Shown here in pieces: positions 14,043 through 27,892 of a DNA stretch of 64,000 nt. Made by a program: the position numbers and the translations under genes. The DNA comes from Lama glama. Taxonomy: Eukaryota. The DNA lies in the NCBI GenBank assembly GCA_028534125.1, contig CM052821.1:31930001-31994000 (forward strand). The letters are read 5' to 3'. Numbering within the stretch: position 1 is the first letter of the stretch; every line of letters starts with the position of its first letter. The notes below the pieces were generated by a model, which searched no databases, was not told where the DNA came from, and saw only the letters and a list, made by a program, of their open reading frames with translations.

Positions 14043-14394
14043 ACTACTACATGGCCAGTGCTAGCAATAACAAAGGAATAACACAGAGTCTGTGACCTCA
14101 AGAGATTTACATTTTAGTGACAAGCAGAAGAGTAATTAGATAACTAATTAGAGTTATGTGGTTTAGAATAAAGGAAAAGAGAAAGATCCATCTAGCAAGA
14201 ACCCACTCAGCTTGTTGGTGGGAGACAGGGAAGGGTTGCCAAGGGAGATTTCCTGGAGATGATCCCTGAAATGCCTTTTATAAATAACTGAGGCAGAGAA
14301 AGAGAACAGTCAAAAGAAACCAGGGCCAACACTCTTGATGAGAGTACTTGTTAACATTTCATCTTTGCTATTTCTCTGTCATGCTCAAATATTT

Positions 14395-14585
14395 GCAGAT
14401 ACTGTCTCATTTAATCCCTACAACAACTCTGTGAAGTACATACCTCTATATAAATGGGGGAAATTGAGGCTAATAAAAAGTTAAATGACTTGACCCATTT
14501 TCAAATAGCTAAGAAATTGCAGATCTGGAAACCAAATCAACACTTTGACTGTAGGACCCAAATCTGAATTCACTATTTACCACTG
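14395..14585 (-). mobile_element. MIR SINE
   Basis: TCTCATTTAATCCCTACAACAACTCTGTGAAGTA...AAATTGAGGCT...GTTAAATGACTTGACC (reverse MIR core). Confidence 0.75.
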
Positions 14586-15227
14586 GCTTCCAGAATGTGA
14601 GGACTAACGCAAACATTTTCACTTCAAATATTTCTTTACATATGGAGCCTTGGATAAGAGCAGGAGTGGAAATAAGTGAAAGTAGAGAGGAAATCAGGGG
14701 CTATGTTATAAAAGGATCTCATGCTCCAAAGTTGAGATTTTAGATCTGGAAATTTAATTGCTTATACAATGGGATTCTAAGTGCTATAGTCTTGGTTTGC
14801 ACCAAGGCATGTCTGATCACCAGAAAACATCTGCATCAAGTAGGGGCCAGTTAGTGAGATTCAGTAAAATCAACATGACTTGTGATTATCTCAGAAGTGT
14901 TGCAGAAATTCCTGGGGCTCATCTTGCAGTAACATAAGCATACATGAAATCTAAGAAACATTATCACATATAGCTAAAAGTCTTCTCAAAGGATCTTATA
15001 CAAAACCACATTTATTTCATGCATATAGAATATTTGACATATATTTTAATGAATGGCAGAGTCTATAAAATAACACTATTAGACATACCAAAGTCTTGTA
15101 TAAACAAGAATTTCTATGAAATGGAGTATAAACTAATTGATGTTTATTAAACTAGTCATACTCAGGAACTGTTTGAACTTTATTTAGATTGCATTTATTA
15201 AAATAAAACTTTTGTTTATAGAATTCT

Positions 15228-15985
15228 TTGCTGGTGGGAATACAAAATGATACAACGGTTATATAAGACCGTTTGGCCATCTCTTACAAGTTAAACAGTA
15301 CAGTCCAGCAATAATGCTCCTAGGTATTAAATGAGTTAAAATTTATGTCCATACAGAAACCTGCCCATGAATATTTATAGCAGCTTTACTCATAATTGCC
15401 AAAATTGGAAGCAACCAAATGTCTTTCAATAGAACAAAGGATAAACAAACAGTAATGTAATTATGCGATAGAATATTATTCAGTGATAAAAATAAGCTAT
15501 CAAGATACAAAAAGACAAGGCGAAACTTTAAATCCACGTTGCTAAGAGAAAATAGCCAACGTGAAAAAGCTACACACTGTATAATTTTAACCATATGATA
15601 TTCTGGGAAAGGCAAAACTATAGAGATAGAAAAAAAGTCAGTGGTTTCCCAACTTCAGGAGGAGGGAAACAGGGATGAACAGGTGGAGCACAGGGCACTT
15701 TCAGGGTTGTTGAAAATATTCTGTGTGATACTACAATGGAGGGCACATAACATTATGCATTTGTCAAAAGTGTACAATGTAAAGGGTGAACCCTCATGCA
15801 AACAATGGACTTTAGTTGATGTACCAGTATCGTTCATCAGTTGTAACAAAAGCACCACACTAATGAAGGATGTTAATAATAGGGGAAACTGTGAGAAGTG
15901 AGTATACAGACACTCCTTGTATTTTCTGCATGATTTTTCTGAAAACCCAAAACTGCTCTAAAAAATTAAATCTATTAAAATTTAA
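15228..15985 (+). mobile_element. L1 3' end (L1MC1/2-like)
   Basis: TTGCTGGTGGGAATACAAAATG, TTTATAGCAGCTTTACTCATAATTGCCAAAATTGGAAGCAACCAAATGTC, GGAAAGGCAAAACTATAGAGA and terminus AAAACTGCTCTAAAAAATTAAATCTATTAAAA. Confidence 0.85.
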
Positions 15986-18099
15986 AATAAAACATTTATT
16001 TAGAGGTCATTAGAGAGCAACATAAGCCACAGATAATTAAATTCTGACATTAGCAGTATAAGTTCTAATACATTTTAAAATTCAGAGAGACCCTAGAGGT
16101 TCTCTAGTCTAAGCATGTCTTCGTTCATTTTAGAACCTCAAGTTCAGAGAGTGTAATGACTGTTGCCTTGGCCACAAAGCATGAAAATGGGAGAACCTGG
16201 ATTTGAACTCAGTTCACTTGACTTAGAGTTCATAACATTTTTCACTTCACCAACTGATTGTAGTGTGAAAGAGTCCAGGGCGCAGAGCCATGGCATGAGG
16301 TCTTCTGAACAGCAGTGAAAATATAAATGTACATTTCCTATATGCTTTTGCCACCAACAGTGGTCCATATTTTGAAACAACATGCACACCTACATGCGTG
16401 GGTGTGCACTTGCACACACAAGCACACTCATATATACAAACACCCTTTATCAGGGTCTTTTGATTGTTTCATATAAAGAAATAAAAAAACTCTTAGAGCA
16501 GAGCTTATTTTATAGATTCACTGAACAATATTTCTCTGAGTTGTTGGATTGCATTTTTGGGGATGAAAGGAGGAGGAGCTACTGAACAATTCCTAGCTTG
16601 TATAAATCCTCTCTTTTTTTAAATCTAGCATCTGTGTAGATTTTTGTAATTTGGCAGAGCCTGTATCTGGATATGACAGATTTCAGCTGGAAAAATATGT
16701 TGTGAAAAATCTTTCAGATGTCCCATCACAACTGGGACCTCTGCTAAATCCAAAAGTGCAGCTGGACCATATTATTACATAGTTATTTTATTTGCATTCC
16801 TGACCCCTAAGGAGTAAGTGGATTTCCATCTGGTATATTATATCATTCTTCTTCTATGATGAGGGTAAGCAGTTTTTTTAAAGTTATGCTAACTGCATAA
16901 CTACATTAAATATTATCAATCAGATTATTTGAAACAATATTATTCTTTATTAACTTAGCAAGGAACTGTAATACCAACTATATCTCAAAAAAGAATATTT
17001 GAATATGATCATAGTTAAATAACTTTGCACAGTTAAAGTTGAGAATTAAAGAAGGATAAAATAAAATTTTATTCAATAGGCTTTTAAAATAATGTATCTT
17101 TAAAAGCATCTATTATCTCTCTAGTGTATGTGACTTCCTCAAAGTCTCAGAGCTAGTCTTCACATATCTCTTGACCAAAAACCTCAGGCTTTTCCTGAGT
17201 TAGAGGATAGCAGAGTTCCTACTGTCAGAAAGAGACAAAAAGAAAGAGACAGAGACAGAGACACAGAGAAAGAAAAGAAACAAGAATGGGTTTCTCAAGT
17301 AAATTATAATTTACATCAAGATTCTCCTATCTGCTATGTGATTTCAGCTCTAGAGCAGGGCAGATGCTCATATCCCAGTGTCACAGATGAAAGCCTGGCC
17401 ACCCGGTGAGGTCAAGTGTGCTCTCTGAGTTAGTGGGGTCAGAAGTTTACCTCAATTTTCGGCTTTAAATTATATCTGTCTGCTTCTACAGCAACAGAGA
17501 AGAGACATTATGAAAATGTGTTCTCTGTTTAATTACACACCATGCCAGGATCTTACTCCCCTTGAAATACTTTTGTAGATGAAACAGTTTAAAAGTGCCA
17601 CCATTTCATACGAAAGAGAGTTCCTAAAGTAAACGTGCTGATATAAAGGGCAACTATTGACAAGCATCTTATGTTTGATAAACTTACTCTCTTCCATTTA
17701 GAAAGTGACTAAATGCTATTTGTGTTCAGAAGTATGTCTTTCGGAGAGGAAAATGTGGTGCCGGTCCTGCTGCTCCTCTCAGAGTTGCTGGTATTGGAAA
17801 TGACCCAACAGAATCACACGACTACGCCTACAGCTTGTCTTCACATTAACCACCCTTGGAAATGGTTTTCCATTATAAGGCCAGGCTGAGAAGGCTTCCA
17901 GTATGGGGAAGTACTGTGGAGATGTGACCTCAAGACCCTTGATTTGAAAGAAGAATTCCACATGGCTGAGAGACAATAATTGGCGTCCAGAGCAGTGGGG
18001 CTCCATGGAGGCCACAGCTGTATCCTGGATGGGACAGAGCAAGTGCTTGCTTGGCAAGCAGGTCCAGATTGTCACAATTCATGCCGTAGATATGGGACC

Positions 18100-18572
18100 T
18101 CAGAAGGAGATTGTTAAATTTAACGCATGCTGGCTAGACTCTATTTACCATCTCTGCCCCGTCCTGCGTCCCAGAGGGCTGACCTCTATGGACCTCATTA
18201 TGGTGCTTCCTTTAGTCTCTGGCTTCCACTGGGTCTGACAAATGAGAGTAATCTGCAGGGCAGGGGCAGAAGTGATTTGCCTCACCTCCTTCCCCACCAG
18301 CTGTGGCCTTGTCAGTGGCTGTGTGCCTCTGCTTCTGCTGAGGCACTTACTCAGACCCCAGCCTCCGGGCACAGATTTCCCTGGATTCCGATAATACCAG
18401 TGCCCTCCCTTTTCCCTCCAGGGATGGTCACTGTCTGCAACTATTGCTTCTTCCTGGATGGATCAGCCGTTCTCTCTACTTTATCACCTGAACACACCTC
18501 TGTTTAGCTCCTTCATTAAAGTCTTTTCAATTCAATACTTTGTGTTTTTTTCTGCTCACATCCTAACTAATA
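18100..18572 (+). mobile_element. ERVL LTR (LTR33-like)
   Basis: GGCTGACCTCTATGGAC...CTCTGGCTTCCACTGGGTCTGACAAATG...CCTTCATTAAAGTC...CCTAACTAATA resembles the recalled LTR33 consensus. Confidence 0.65.
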
Positions 18573-20475
18573 TAAAGTAATAATAATTGCTAATAAGTAT
18601 TATTATATGTCAAATAATATGTTAATAAGTAGAAATGCCTTATAAAATCTTACAGTAAATGTCTGAGGCTGATATGTATTATTTACAAATAAATATTAGA
18701 AAACTGAATGATTTCCCCAAGGACATGCATCTCACTTGGATGAATTAGGACTCAGGCTCTGATTTTCTGATTCCAGAGATTAGTCTCATTTATTATGTGA
18801 TCCTACACTGCAAATCGTCACACCCTCAAGCAAATATCAAAAGAGCCTATGTTATAAAAGAGCTTAGAAAAATTCGCAGTTGAGAAAAAAATAAAAGTCT
18901 GACCTTCCAAGTTGTATTTCCAAAAGGGTAAAATTTCCACATTCTACTTGACTATTACAGCATAAGATGATACAGCAGGTATTCATACTTCCTAAACCAA
19001 CAGTGTATATTTTCATATGTGGAAATTCTGGTTTTAACATTAGCTACGTGGTAGTGCAATGCCTATATAAATCTGCCTAACAACAAAATGAATGATACAA
19101 CATCTGTCACTGTTTTCACTCAAAAACACCAATAACTGTGCAGCCTAATCCCTTAGAGACAGGCTGATCTCATCCTGCATTTGATGTCCTGAGAAATATC
19201 TACTGATCTATAAAACTTATCACCAGCTGCAACAGAGAAAATCTGTCATTAGTTGTTTAGTAAGTGTTACTAGTTAGCTTTTCCAGTAGAGCCTAGTAAT
19301 ACTGGAGAGCATCCTGTCCACAATTTTTAAAAATCAGTTAAAAGTTTTGTCTTAACCTTGACTACTTATTATTATAGGGGATGTGATATTCAAACACTTT
19401 CTGTTAGAGTTATGCTGAAATATGTTACTGTCAGAAGATATAAGGATCAATTCATGCTGGAGTCACAAAAGTAAAAATTATGGCTACACAGCTGAATTGG
19501 TATTATTTATGATAAGTTCCAGGCAGTTCATCTTCTTTGGTTATGTTATTCTATATCAGGAAAAAAAAGAAATATTAGCTCTGACAGTTACAGGGACACA
19601 GTTGGATTTCAGTCTTACATTGCTCATTTGAAAACATGAATGCTATGCTCAAAACTAAATTCAGTCTTATTCATTTTACCTTATAGTTTTCTGTAAGAAG
19701 CAAAAACTAATCGAATGTATGAATGAAGGGATCAATAAATGAACAAACCAACCATTAGATTGAAAATTATTTGCCCTACATGTTGAGAGCTGATTAATAT
19801 AAAAATTACCTTATATAGTATTTAAAAATTTCTAATTTACTTGATTCTCCTTCTACTCATAAAGCAGTGGTAGGAATTTCTCACTTGTGTGAGATAATTG
19901 CCTCATGAAATTGTCTAAACCTTAAAATAATTACAGCATGTATTCATAGATGATTAACAGTTAAGAATAAGGCCTTTGGTGTCAGATTTGCATTTGAATC
20001 CTAGCTGGCGATATGAATAGATTCAGAATTTCTGTATAGAAAGGATATGGAATTTTAGGGGATCACAAATAAAACTCATATATAGGAGATAAGTGATAGG
20101 ATGGATATGTCAACTTTATTGCCAGTAAAACCTATATTGGAAGATGTGGCTTAGGTTAATAGCCAGATAGGTTTGGAAATGTTCTCTGTTCTGTATATCC
20201 ACCCTTAATCCTACTTTAGACATCAGAATAGCTAACTGATGGAAAACCTGAAGTCTACTGAGGGCAAACAAATTTACAAATAATTGCTGCCATTCACAGT
20301 TCTGGAATAAAAATGGAAGGAAACAGAATGAATAGAGAAGCACACCCCAGTGCATATGAACTGAAGGTCGTTTAGTGCCATCTGGCTGGGCACAGTGCCG
20401 GGCACAGCACATAATGCTTAACAAATGATAGTTATCACTGCTGCAAGGCACACATGTTCTGATTTTTCTATTCCA

Positions 20476-20639
20476 CTCTGGCGTCTCCAGGAAGGAATGC
20501 AGCCTTACTGACATATTCATTGTAGACCAGTAGACCATTTTCAGATCTCTGACCTCCAGAATTGTAAGATAAAATGTGTGTTCTTTCAATCCACTCAATG
20601 TGTGGTAATTTGTTACGGCAGCAATAGAGCACTAATATA
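20476..20639 (+). mobile_element. MLT1C/D-like LTR 3' fragment
   Basis: GGAAGGAATGCAGCC...TCTGACCTCCAGAATTGTAAGATAAAATGTGTG...GTGGTAATTTGTTACGGCAGCAATAG. Confidence 0.75.
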
Positions 20640-23600
20640 GACTGCAAAGGCGAACTCTTCTCTGTACCACACTCTCCTGAGTCTTAACTGGACAAGGACT
20701 GGATCAAAGGCCAAGATCTAAGGCCTGGGTTAGAAGATGAGGTGGCATGAATTCCAGATGTTGTGAACATCTGGAGCAGCAAGAAAGACATCTCCATGTA
20801 AATGTGTTATTTGCCACTGATGTACTGTGACAAATACTAGATAGGAGGTTTTGGTGAAAAGAGTATGAAAGAGTCAACTCTCTTACCTCAGTGACATGTC
20901 CTCTTTTTAGAGGAACTGAACAAAATGGCAAAGATGGAGCATTTCTGTAATATTTTTTTCATGAACACATTGTGCTTCATAGGCAATTTTAAACCACACT
21001 GTCATTCTGTGGCTCTGTCAGTAAAAGCTGGTTCCCAAAATACAGATTACTCCAAAGCAGAAGAACTCCAAAACGATGTATCATGTCCATTTAACTCTAC
21101 CTTTTAATCTAGCACTAAACCAAAGCATTTTGGTGAAAAAAATCCAACAGTAAGACTATCTTGTTTTATTTTAGAAACTAGTAAAATTGGCTATTAATAG
21201 TTTAGGTTAATTATGGTCTTTAGGACATAAGTTGCTTTTTTGAAGTAGAGCTGTCTTAATGCTCATTCCACTCAATTGAAATTGGACCTTTTCTTTGAGT
21301 TCTACTTGGAAAGGAACCAATGCCAACTAGAGAAGTACCATAGGCTTCAGGTGGGAAACATTAAGAAACTATAAATTATATTAATCAAACTTGGTCTCTT
21401 CATAGCAACTTACAGTAACACATCAGAACTTTAGAGAAGTTCATCTGTGCATTATTTTTTCATTGCTTCTTAAAAACCAGTGTGTGGAAGATGTTTCGCT
21501 ATGCATTGACCCAGAATTCTGGATCCTCAGATCAGATTCTGTTTTGCTCACTCACTCATCCCTGACCAACTCTGCCTCTCCTTGGTGTCTGGAGGCTAAG
21601 ATTTGGAAAGAATTTCAAAGGGCTTCTGCTCCCTAAGACCACTGCTTCTGCTCTGGGATGGCAATTTAAGGATCTGAGTTTTCCTTCTCTACCAAGGTTT
21701 CTAGGAGAAGCAACTTATAAAACACATCTGGAACACACTCTTGTATGAAATGGAAATTCCCTGAAGTGAGTAAGTGTGTGTGATTCGTGATAAATACTTC
21801 CTTAAGTATTCATTCACAGACTAACTTGCAAAATTTTGAGTAATCATCCAGGGAAAACACATGCAGTGTAAATAAAGATCGTATTAATAAATAGTAGACG
21901 TCGTTTTCAGCTATTAACAGCTATTTCTGGAAAACTGAAATTTGAATATGTAAGTTTTCCTGACTCCAGGAATGCCTCTCTCCAGATCAGGCACATGGAT
22001 ATTTTTATGTCTTTTAACATGAGTTTCATGTTTTAAAATCCTTAATGTACAAATTTTCTTCTATGTAAATGAAATATTTGTCAATACAGAGAGGTAATGT
22101 GCATTTTCTCTTAAACTAATTAATAATTCTACTGGCAAGTAACACTTTTTATCTTTTTATCAGCCTGTATCAGAGAACACCATTCTCTCCAACACCATTC
22201 TGAAAGCTTTTACAGATTGCAAACTAATTCAGATAAATGAAGAATGCCAAGAATTATTTGTTCCAGAAAAAGGTTTTCTTTCCTTTGAATAATGAAGTAG
22301 TATCCCCGATTTTATCTAGACATACCTGAAAACCCCAGCTCTTTTCTTTTCAAAAAAGTGATAAGTTGCCTTTATGGACATTAGAAAAATATCACTTTTA
22401 ATAATAACACAAGGCTTTACGAAGGATGAGTTGATGGGAAATCAAATGATGTTCTCTTTAGGCAGGTGAGTAGAAGAAAGACCACACTTTAGACAAATAT
22501 TAACAGATTAAAGCCTGGATTTAAGCCCTCACACATATGGATTTGCACTCTAAACCAGCAGCTAAACTGCCCAAAAGCACCCAGAAGTCTTTTACAAAAC
22601 AGACCCTCAATAACTAATCTCTTTACTTGGACTTTTGAAGGTTTTTTTTTTTTAAGTACTTTTTCTTGTTCTTTTACAAAGAGCAGTCATTTTAGGCTGT
22701 CAGTCAATGGACCATCGAAGGGATGAATGGCCAAGTGGTTATGCAAATGAGAAACAACAAAAACCCCAGTAATTACTTCGAGATAAGTGTCGGTAGCCTA
22801 AATACAACTTAGTCTACCTTAAGAGCTATGGAACAGCACAAATAATCAATTACTTCTGTGGAGCACTCTGTCAACAACCCTTTCCCTCCAGGGAGTCATT
22901 ATTGCATTAGATGCTCATAACAACTGGAGGGAGGAGTTGTTTCCTCACTTGTTCAGCTGCAGACTCTGAAGTCCAAAGTATGCACACCTGTAATACATAC
23001 ACCACACTGAAGATATAATAATGATTGTAATATAAAGCAGCAAAGTAAAGTTCAAATGTAGCAAAAGGGTAGTTTGTAGGAAGTGTGTTCCTACCATTGT
23101 GTTTTGTTTAGACTTGAGATTATTCCAAAAGGAATTTAGAAAAATATTTAAAATCGGTAAATTTCATATAAAAACCCAGATATTCACCCATGACATTCTA
23201 AAATGGCTCCAGACTGTTGAAGGTGAATATAGTGACCCTCTTAAAAAGTTGTGTGCCTTTTCAGATGGACACCATCTCTGCCACTAACTCAACATAGGCA
23301 AGTGCATATAAATCAGCAGTCTTCAAGGAAGAGGAGGGTCCTTCTGGGTCCCTTTTCCTTCCTGTCTAGAAGTTGGCATTTTCTTTTATCACTCACCTCA
23401 TGTACAGATATTTGTTCAGTTTTGAGGCTGGGATAAAACAAGCACAAGACAGAGTTCCATCCCTCATGAAGCTTTCATTCTAGTGGATGGAGCTTGATGG
23501 GCTCCTCTGTTACATTCCATCGCAAAGGTTATATGCAATCATTTTGAAACATATTTATTCATTTAATATATTATGGTGTTTGGGCATCTATTAATGAGTT

Positions 23601-25364
23601 ACGATGTTCCAGGTGCTGTGGCAAGCATATTGCATATCTTATCTAAAAATGGAAGTCTCACAGTAACTCTTTGAGGTAGGGGTGATTATGAGCCTTTTGT
23701 TAAACATGATTTTACCTACAAATCTCAGAGGGAAACTGGCCCATAGTTTATAAGCTATAAAGTAGTCAAGCTCTGATTTGTATATAGGTCTAGCACAGAA
23801 GACCATTGTTCTTGTAGCAACTTATATGCTGCTAAGAGCAACTAGCTTGTTTCAACATTTTGCCTGGAAACCATCTCGCCCAGATCTATAAGTTAACTGG
23901 GTCTATTTACTATTGTCAGTTATAGCAGTACGTTTCTACTGTGAGTGGGTGACATAGGCTGCCGGTTTTTTCAGTCTCCTATACTAGTTTTCTTTCCATT
24001 TTGAGAATTTTTAAAAAATCTTTTTCTTGTGTCCCACTACTTAGCTCAGTATTTTAGGTTTTTGTCACAGTAGCAGTTAATTCTAGGAACTGCCTGCCTC
24101 AATGAAGAGTTAACCTAGGGAATATATGCTTAAACACAGAACCTTCCCCCTATTAGCCATGTAAAACCAATGGACGTGTATTTGTGTTGATGAGAAGAGA
24201 GCAGGGAAATAGATATGTGGTCAGATCAAATAATTTGAGTGGTTAAGAACCATTACCCTATTGATAATATTAGCCTTATCACATAGAATATGTAGCTGTC
24301 AAGAGACTCTGCTTTCTCGTCATGAATGTGAGAATGAGGACTTAAAGAAATTATTTCTAAAATGATAAAGTTAATTCAGTGTCTAGCAGAGCTGTTTTAT
24401 AACTACTGCAATTTCTTTTGTTTATAAATATAAATTACCATACAACAAATGAATTACCTTCTGCAAGCTAATGTTCTTTTTCTTAAGAATAAAAAAATGA
24501 CTTTTGAATTCTAATCTTAATCCACAGTATACATCAAGGAACTTTGCATGTTTAAAAAAAGGCAGCTGAGTAATATTTACTGTTATCTTCAGGGTATAAT
24601 TTAATTGCAAGTGAAAACATGCAGTAATGCATCCCTCCAAATATATAAATTATGTGCCTTCATGTCATAGCCCCAAACTCCACACAAGCATTATGGGCAA
24701 ATAAGTTTCTTTTAGAGAACAACCAAGTTTGATCAATAATTACTTACAAAATAAAGCAATGAGGGAAAAAAAGACAATCAACTGGTAAGAAATTTAGAAA
24801 TCTCGAGTTAGCAGTTTAAATAACATATGTATTATGCTCAAGACAGTAAGACAGTACTAAAAAATATTTTAACTCATTCAATTTTTATATTCTCTCACTA
24901 AAAACTTGTAAAGTTTCAAAATAGGAATTATACGTATGCATGAAAAAGTATATTTCCTTTACGGTTTCATATGTAAAAATTAAAGCCCATCATGGGGACA
25001 AAGTGTACAGCAGGACCACTTGGCTCTGTATTTTACATTCACAGCTTTTCACATTTTGACTTGCAATACTATTTCCAAATAGAGATATAATCATAGATGT
25101 GCACTGTCATAGAGATACACTGATTTGAGTTTAAAGGAAACCATGATCATATTTCTTTAAAAACACAACTGATTACAAATCTTATCTTTACATTCCTTAA
25201 TTTTTAAAAGTTAGCCTATAAAATGAAAGGGATATTGGTCTCTATCAAACTTTTAGAGATTCTGATAACATGGTTCTTATTTGGTGGAAGATCATTTTTT
25301 TTCAGGATAGATATTTGTAAGATTTGTAGCCATTTTTAAATTGATTAGTATCATAGTCCTAAAT

Positions 25365-26735
25365 ATCTGTTCATTTATTCATTCATGCCACAGATATTTA
25401 TTTAGCATCTATAGAGTGCCCACAGTGCTAGATACTAAAAATGATGGTGCACTATCATTATTATCAAGAAATATACTAACTGCACTATCTTGTAAGAGGA
25501 GAGAGACATATAAACAAACAAGAACAATTAAATGTTCATTTGAGAAAAGTCTGTCCTAAGCGTGTGATGATGTGAATGACAAAAATGGATTAATAACTAC
25601 TTCTAAGGATTAGAAAAATGGCAAAGATCAATTTAGACTTTCTAAGAAGTTATATTTTAAATAAATATTGAAACTTAAGTAAATTTCATTAATTGATGGA
25701 AGGGGAAACAGAATAAGCAATGAGCTAGATGGTATGAAAGAGTGTGATGCATTTGGGCTCTCCAGGCAGTTCACTGTGGTTGGTGTTCATGTAGGGCATG
25801 GAAGGACACAGTAAGAGATGAGGCTGGAGACCTCAACAAGAACCTGCCGTGAATCTCGTATTCCAGGTAGTGTGGTTAATTTCTGTATTATCCAATAAGA
25901 CAACCACTAGCCACATGCGGCTATTTACATTTAATTTTAATTAATTACAATTAAAGACAATTAAAAATTAAATTTCAAAGTCACTTTAGCCATATTTCAA
26001 GTGCTAAATAACCACTGCATCTTGTAGCTACAATTTGGGACAGTATAGATATCAATCATTTCTGTCATTGCAGAAAGTTCTGTTGGATAGCACTGAATCA
26101 TTGAGAATAGGAATCTCAAATTTCAATGCCCATAGACGTATGTGTGTGTGTATATATACATACATATATATATATGTATGGAGAGAAAGAGAGAGAACAG
26201 GTTTCAACTAAGTAAAAAATACATGATCCAACATCGCTAGGTCTTTCAATTGTTTCAGAAATTAAATAAATTAAAATTATTGAACTGAAGGTTATGTCCA
26301 AAGTTTAGCCTCTTATTCATAATCTTTTTTTAAGTTTTGAAGAATTTTAAGCAACAAATATAATCATATTCTTAAGTTACATTTATCACTTTGGTGGCTT
26401 TTTGGATAATAGATGAGAAGAAGGCAATATTGGAGACAAATTATAAAAATAGTTTATATCGGTGCCATAGTGAGAGAAAAATCTTGATCAGGGGAGCATC
26501 AGTGGAGATAAAGAAGAGATGATGGATAGTATCACAGGAGGAATCCTTAGACTGTTGATTAGTTGAGGAGAAGGTTTTATCATTTCCTGAGGTAGAAAAT
26601 ACACAAGGAAACCTTATGCTGGTGAATAATGATAAATTCAGTTCTCAACATGCTGAAACTGAGGTGGCAATGGGACATCCCAGAGGGAATGTTCAGCAGA
26701 AACAGAAATAAAAATTATAGAGTATAGGTTAATTG
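25365..26735 (-). mobile_element. Decayed L2 interrupted by a MER33-like insertion and a microsatellite
   Basis: (ATTC)n tail at ~25370; L2 phrases GTAAGAGATGAGGCTGGAGA and, after the insert, TTCAGTTCTCAACATGCTGAAACTGAGGTGGCAATGGGACATCC. Confidence 0.55.
25883..26095. mobile_element. hAT-Charlie MITE (MER33/MER3-like)
   Basis: CCACTAGCCACATGCGGCTATT, TAGCCATATTTCAAGTGCT and terminus GCAGAAAGTTCTGTTGGATAGCACTG. Confidence 0.75.
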
Positions 26736-26744
26736 TCTCTAGTG

Positions 26745-26961
26745 TAGGGTTTGCTAAACCAGTATGCATGGCTCAAATCCAGCCCACTTCCTATTTTTGT
26801 AAATAAAGTTTTATCAGCACACAGTCATGCCTATTCATTTACGTATGTCTATGGCTGCTTTTGCTCTATAATGCTGAATAGTTACAGCAAGGATTTATGG
26901 CCCACAGACCAACAATATCTAATACCTGTCCCTTTACCTAGAAAAAGTTTGCTGACTTCTG
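26745..26961. mobile_element. hAT-Charlie MITE (MER58A-like)
   Basis: Degenerate TIRs TAGGGTTTGCTAAAC / GTTTGCTGACTTCTG, internal TTTTGTAAATAAAGTTTTAT...CATTTACGTATGTCTATGGCTGCTTT, and 8-bp TSD CTCTAGTG / CTCAAGAG (6 of 8 match). Confidence 0.8.
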
Positions 26962-27892
26962 CTCAAGAGCAGAACTCTATAAGAAACACACATTCCTCAA
27001 CCAAATGTATGAATGAATTCATTCTTTTTGATCAATTAGAAAATATTATTTATTAAGAACTACCTATATGCCAGGCTTCAGACTAACAAATGATACATGG
27101 AAATTCTTCAGTAAAAGTAACAATGTAGCATTTTAAAAGCATACATATATAATTGTGATAAGAAAAAGGACTTAATATTAGAGACATTTTATTTCCTTCT
27201 CAAGGTATTGCAAAGAAGAATATCTTACCAGGGCAAATATGTGAATTCTGCCAGTTTTGACAGTCTTCAAACCATTTTGTTTAGGTTCCTGTAAATTTTC
27301 TACTGGGATGTTAGGTGATATTGGTTTCTCTGTCATTTCTTCCAGAGTACTTCAACATTAACACACAACTCCAGAAACATGAAACATGAAAGCCTTCCAG
27401 ACTGACATCTATGAAACCCCAAAAGAACTTCCAGCCTAAGCAGATCACTAGTGAGATGACTTGAAGAGACTTCTCGGCAAACCTATAACTCCAGTAAAGT
27501 AAGTGACCATTCATTCAGTCAGTCATTCACATATCCAATTATTTAACAAATATTTTGAGGTACCTATTATTTACCAAATACTATTTTGGCCTTGAATATA
27601 TAAAAGTGAACAAAATAATAATTTTAGGATGCAATACAGACATTGACCTAGTTGAAAAAATTATGTCTCATGGAGTTCTGAGGGAATATAATGGCAAAGT
27701 TTAAATAACTGGATGGTAAACTGAACAAATGTATTAACCTCTACTTCTTCACTAAATCCCATACAAATGTCAATAATAAAAAGAGCCTTAAAATACATCA
27801 GGAAGGACAATGAAAAGAAGTAAGACTATAGCAGCAGAATTTCAGAAGCTAGAAAGAAAGATAAAATTCACTGACTTAAAAGAGCTAAGACG

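Noticed and set aside
17779-18507. Overlapping ORFs in a GC-elevated patch suggesting an exon
   Set aside because: Largely explained by an LTR33-like element; no recognisable protein similarity or consistent splice structure.
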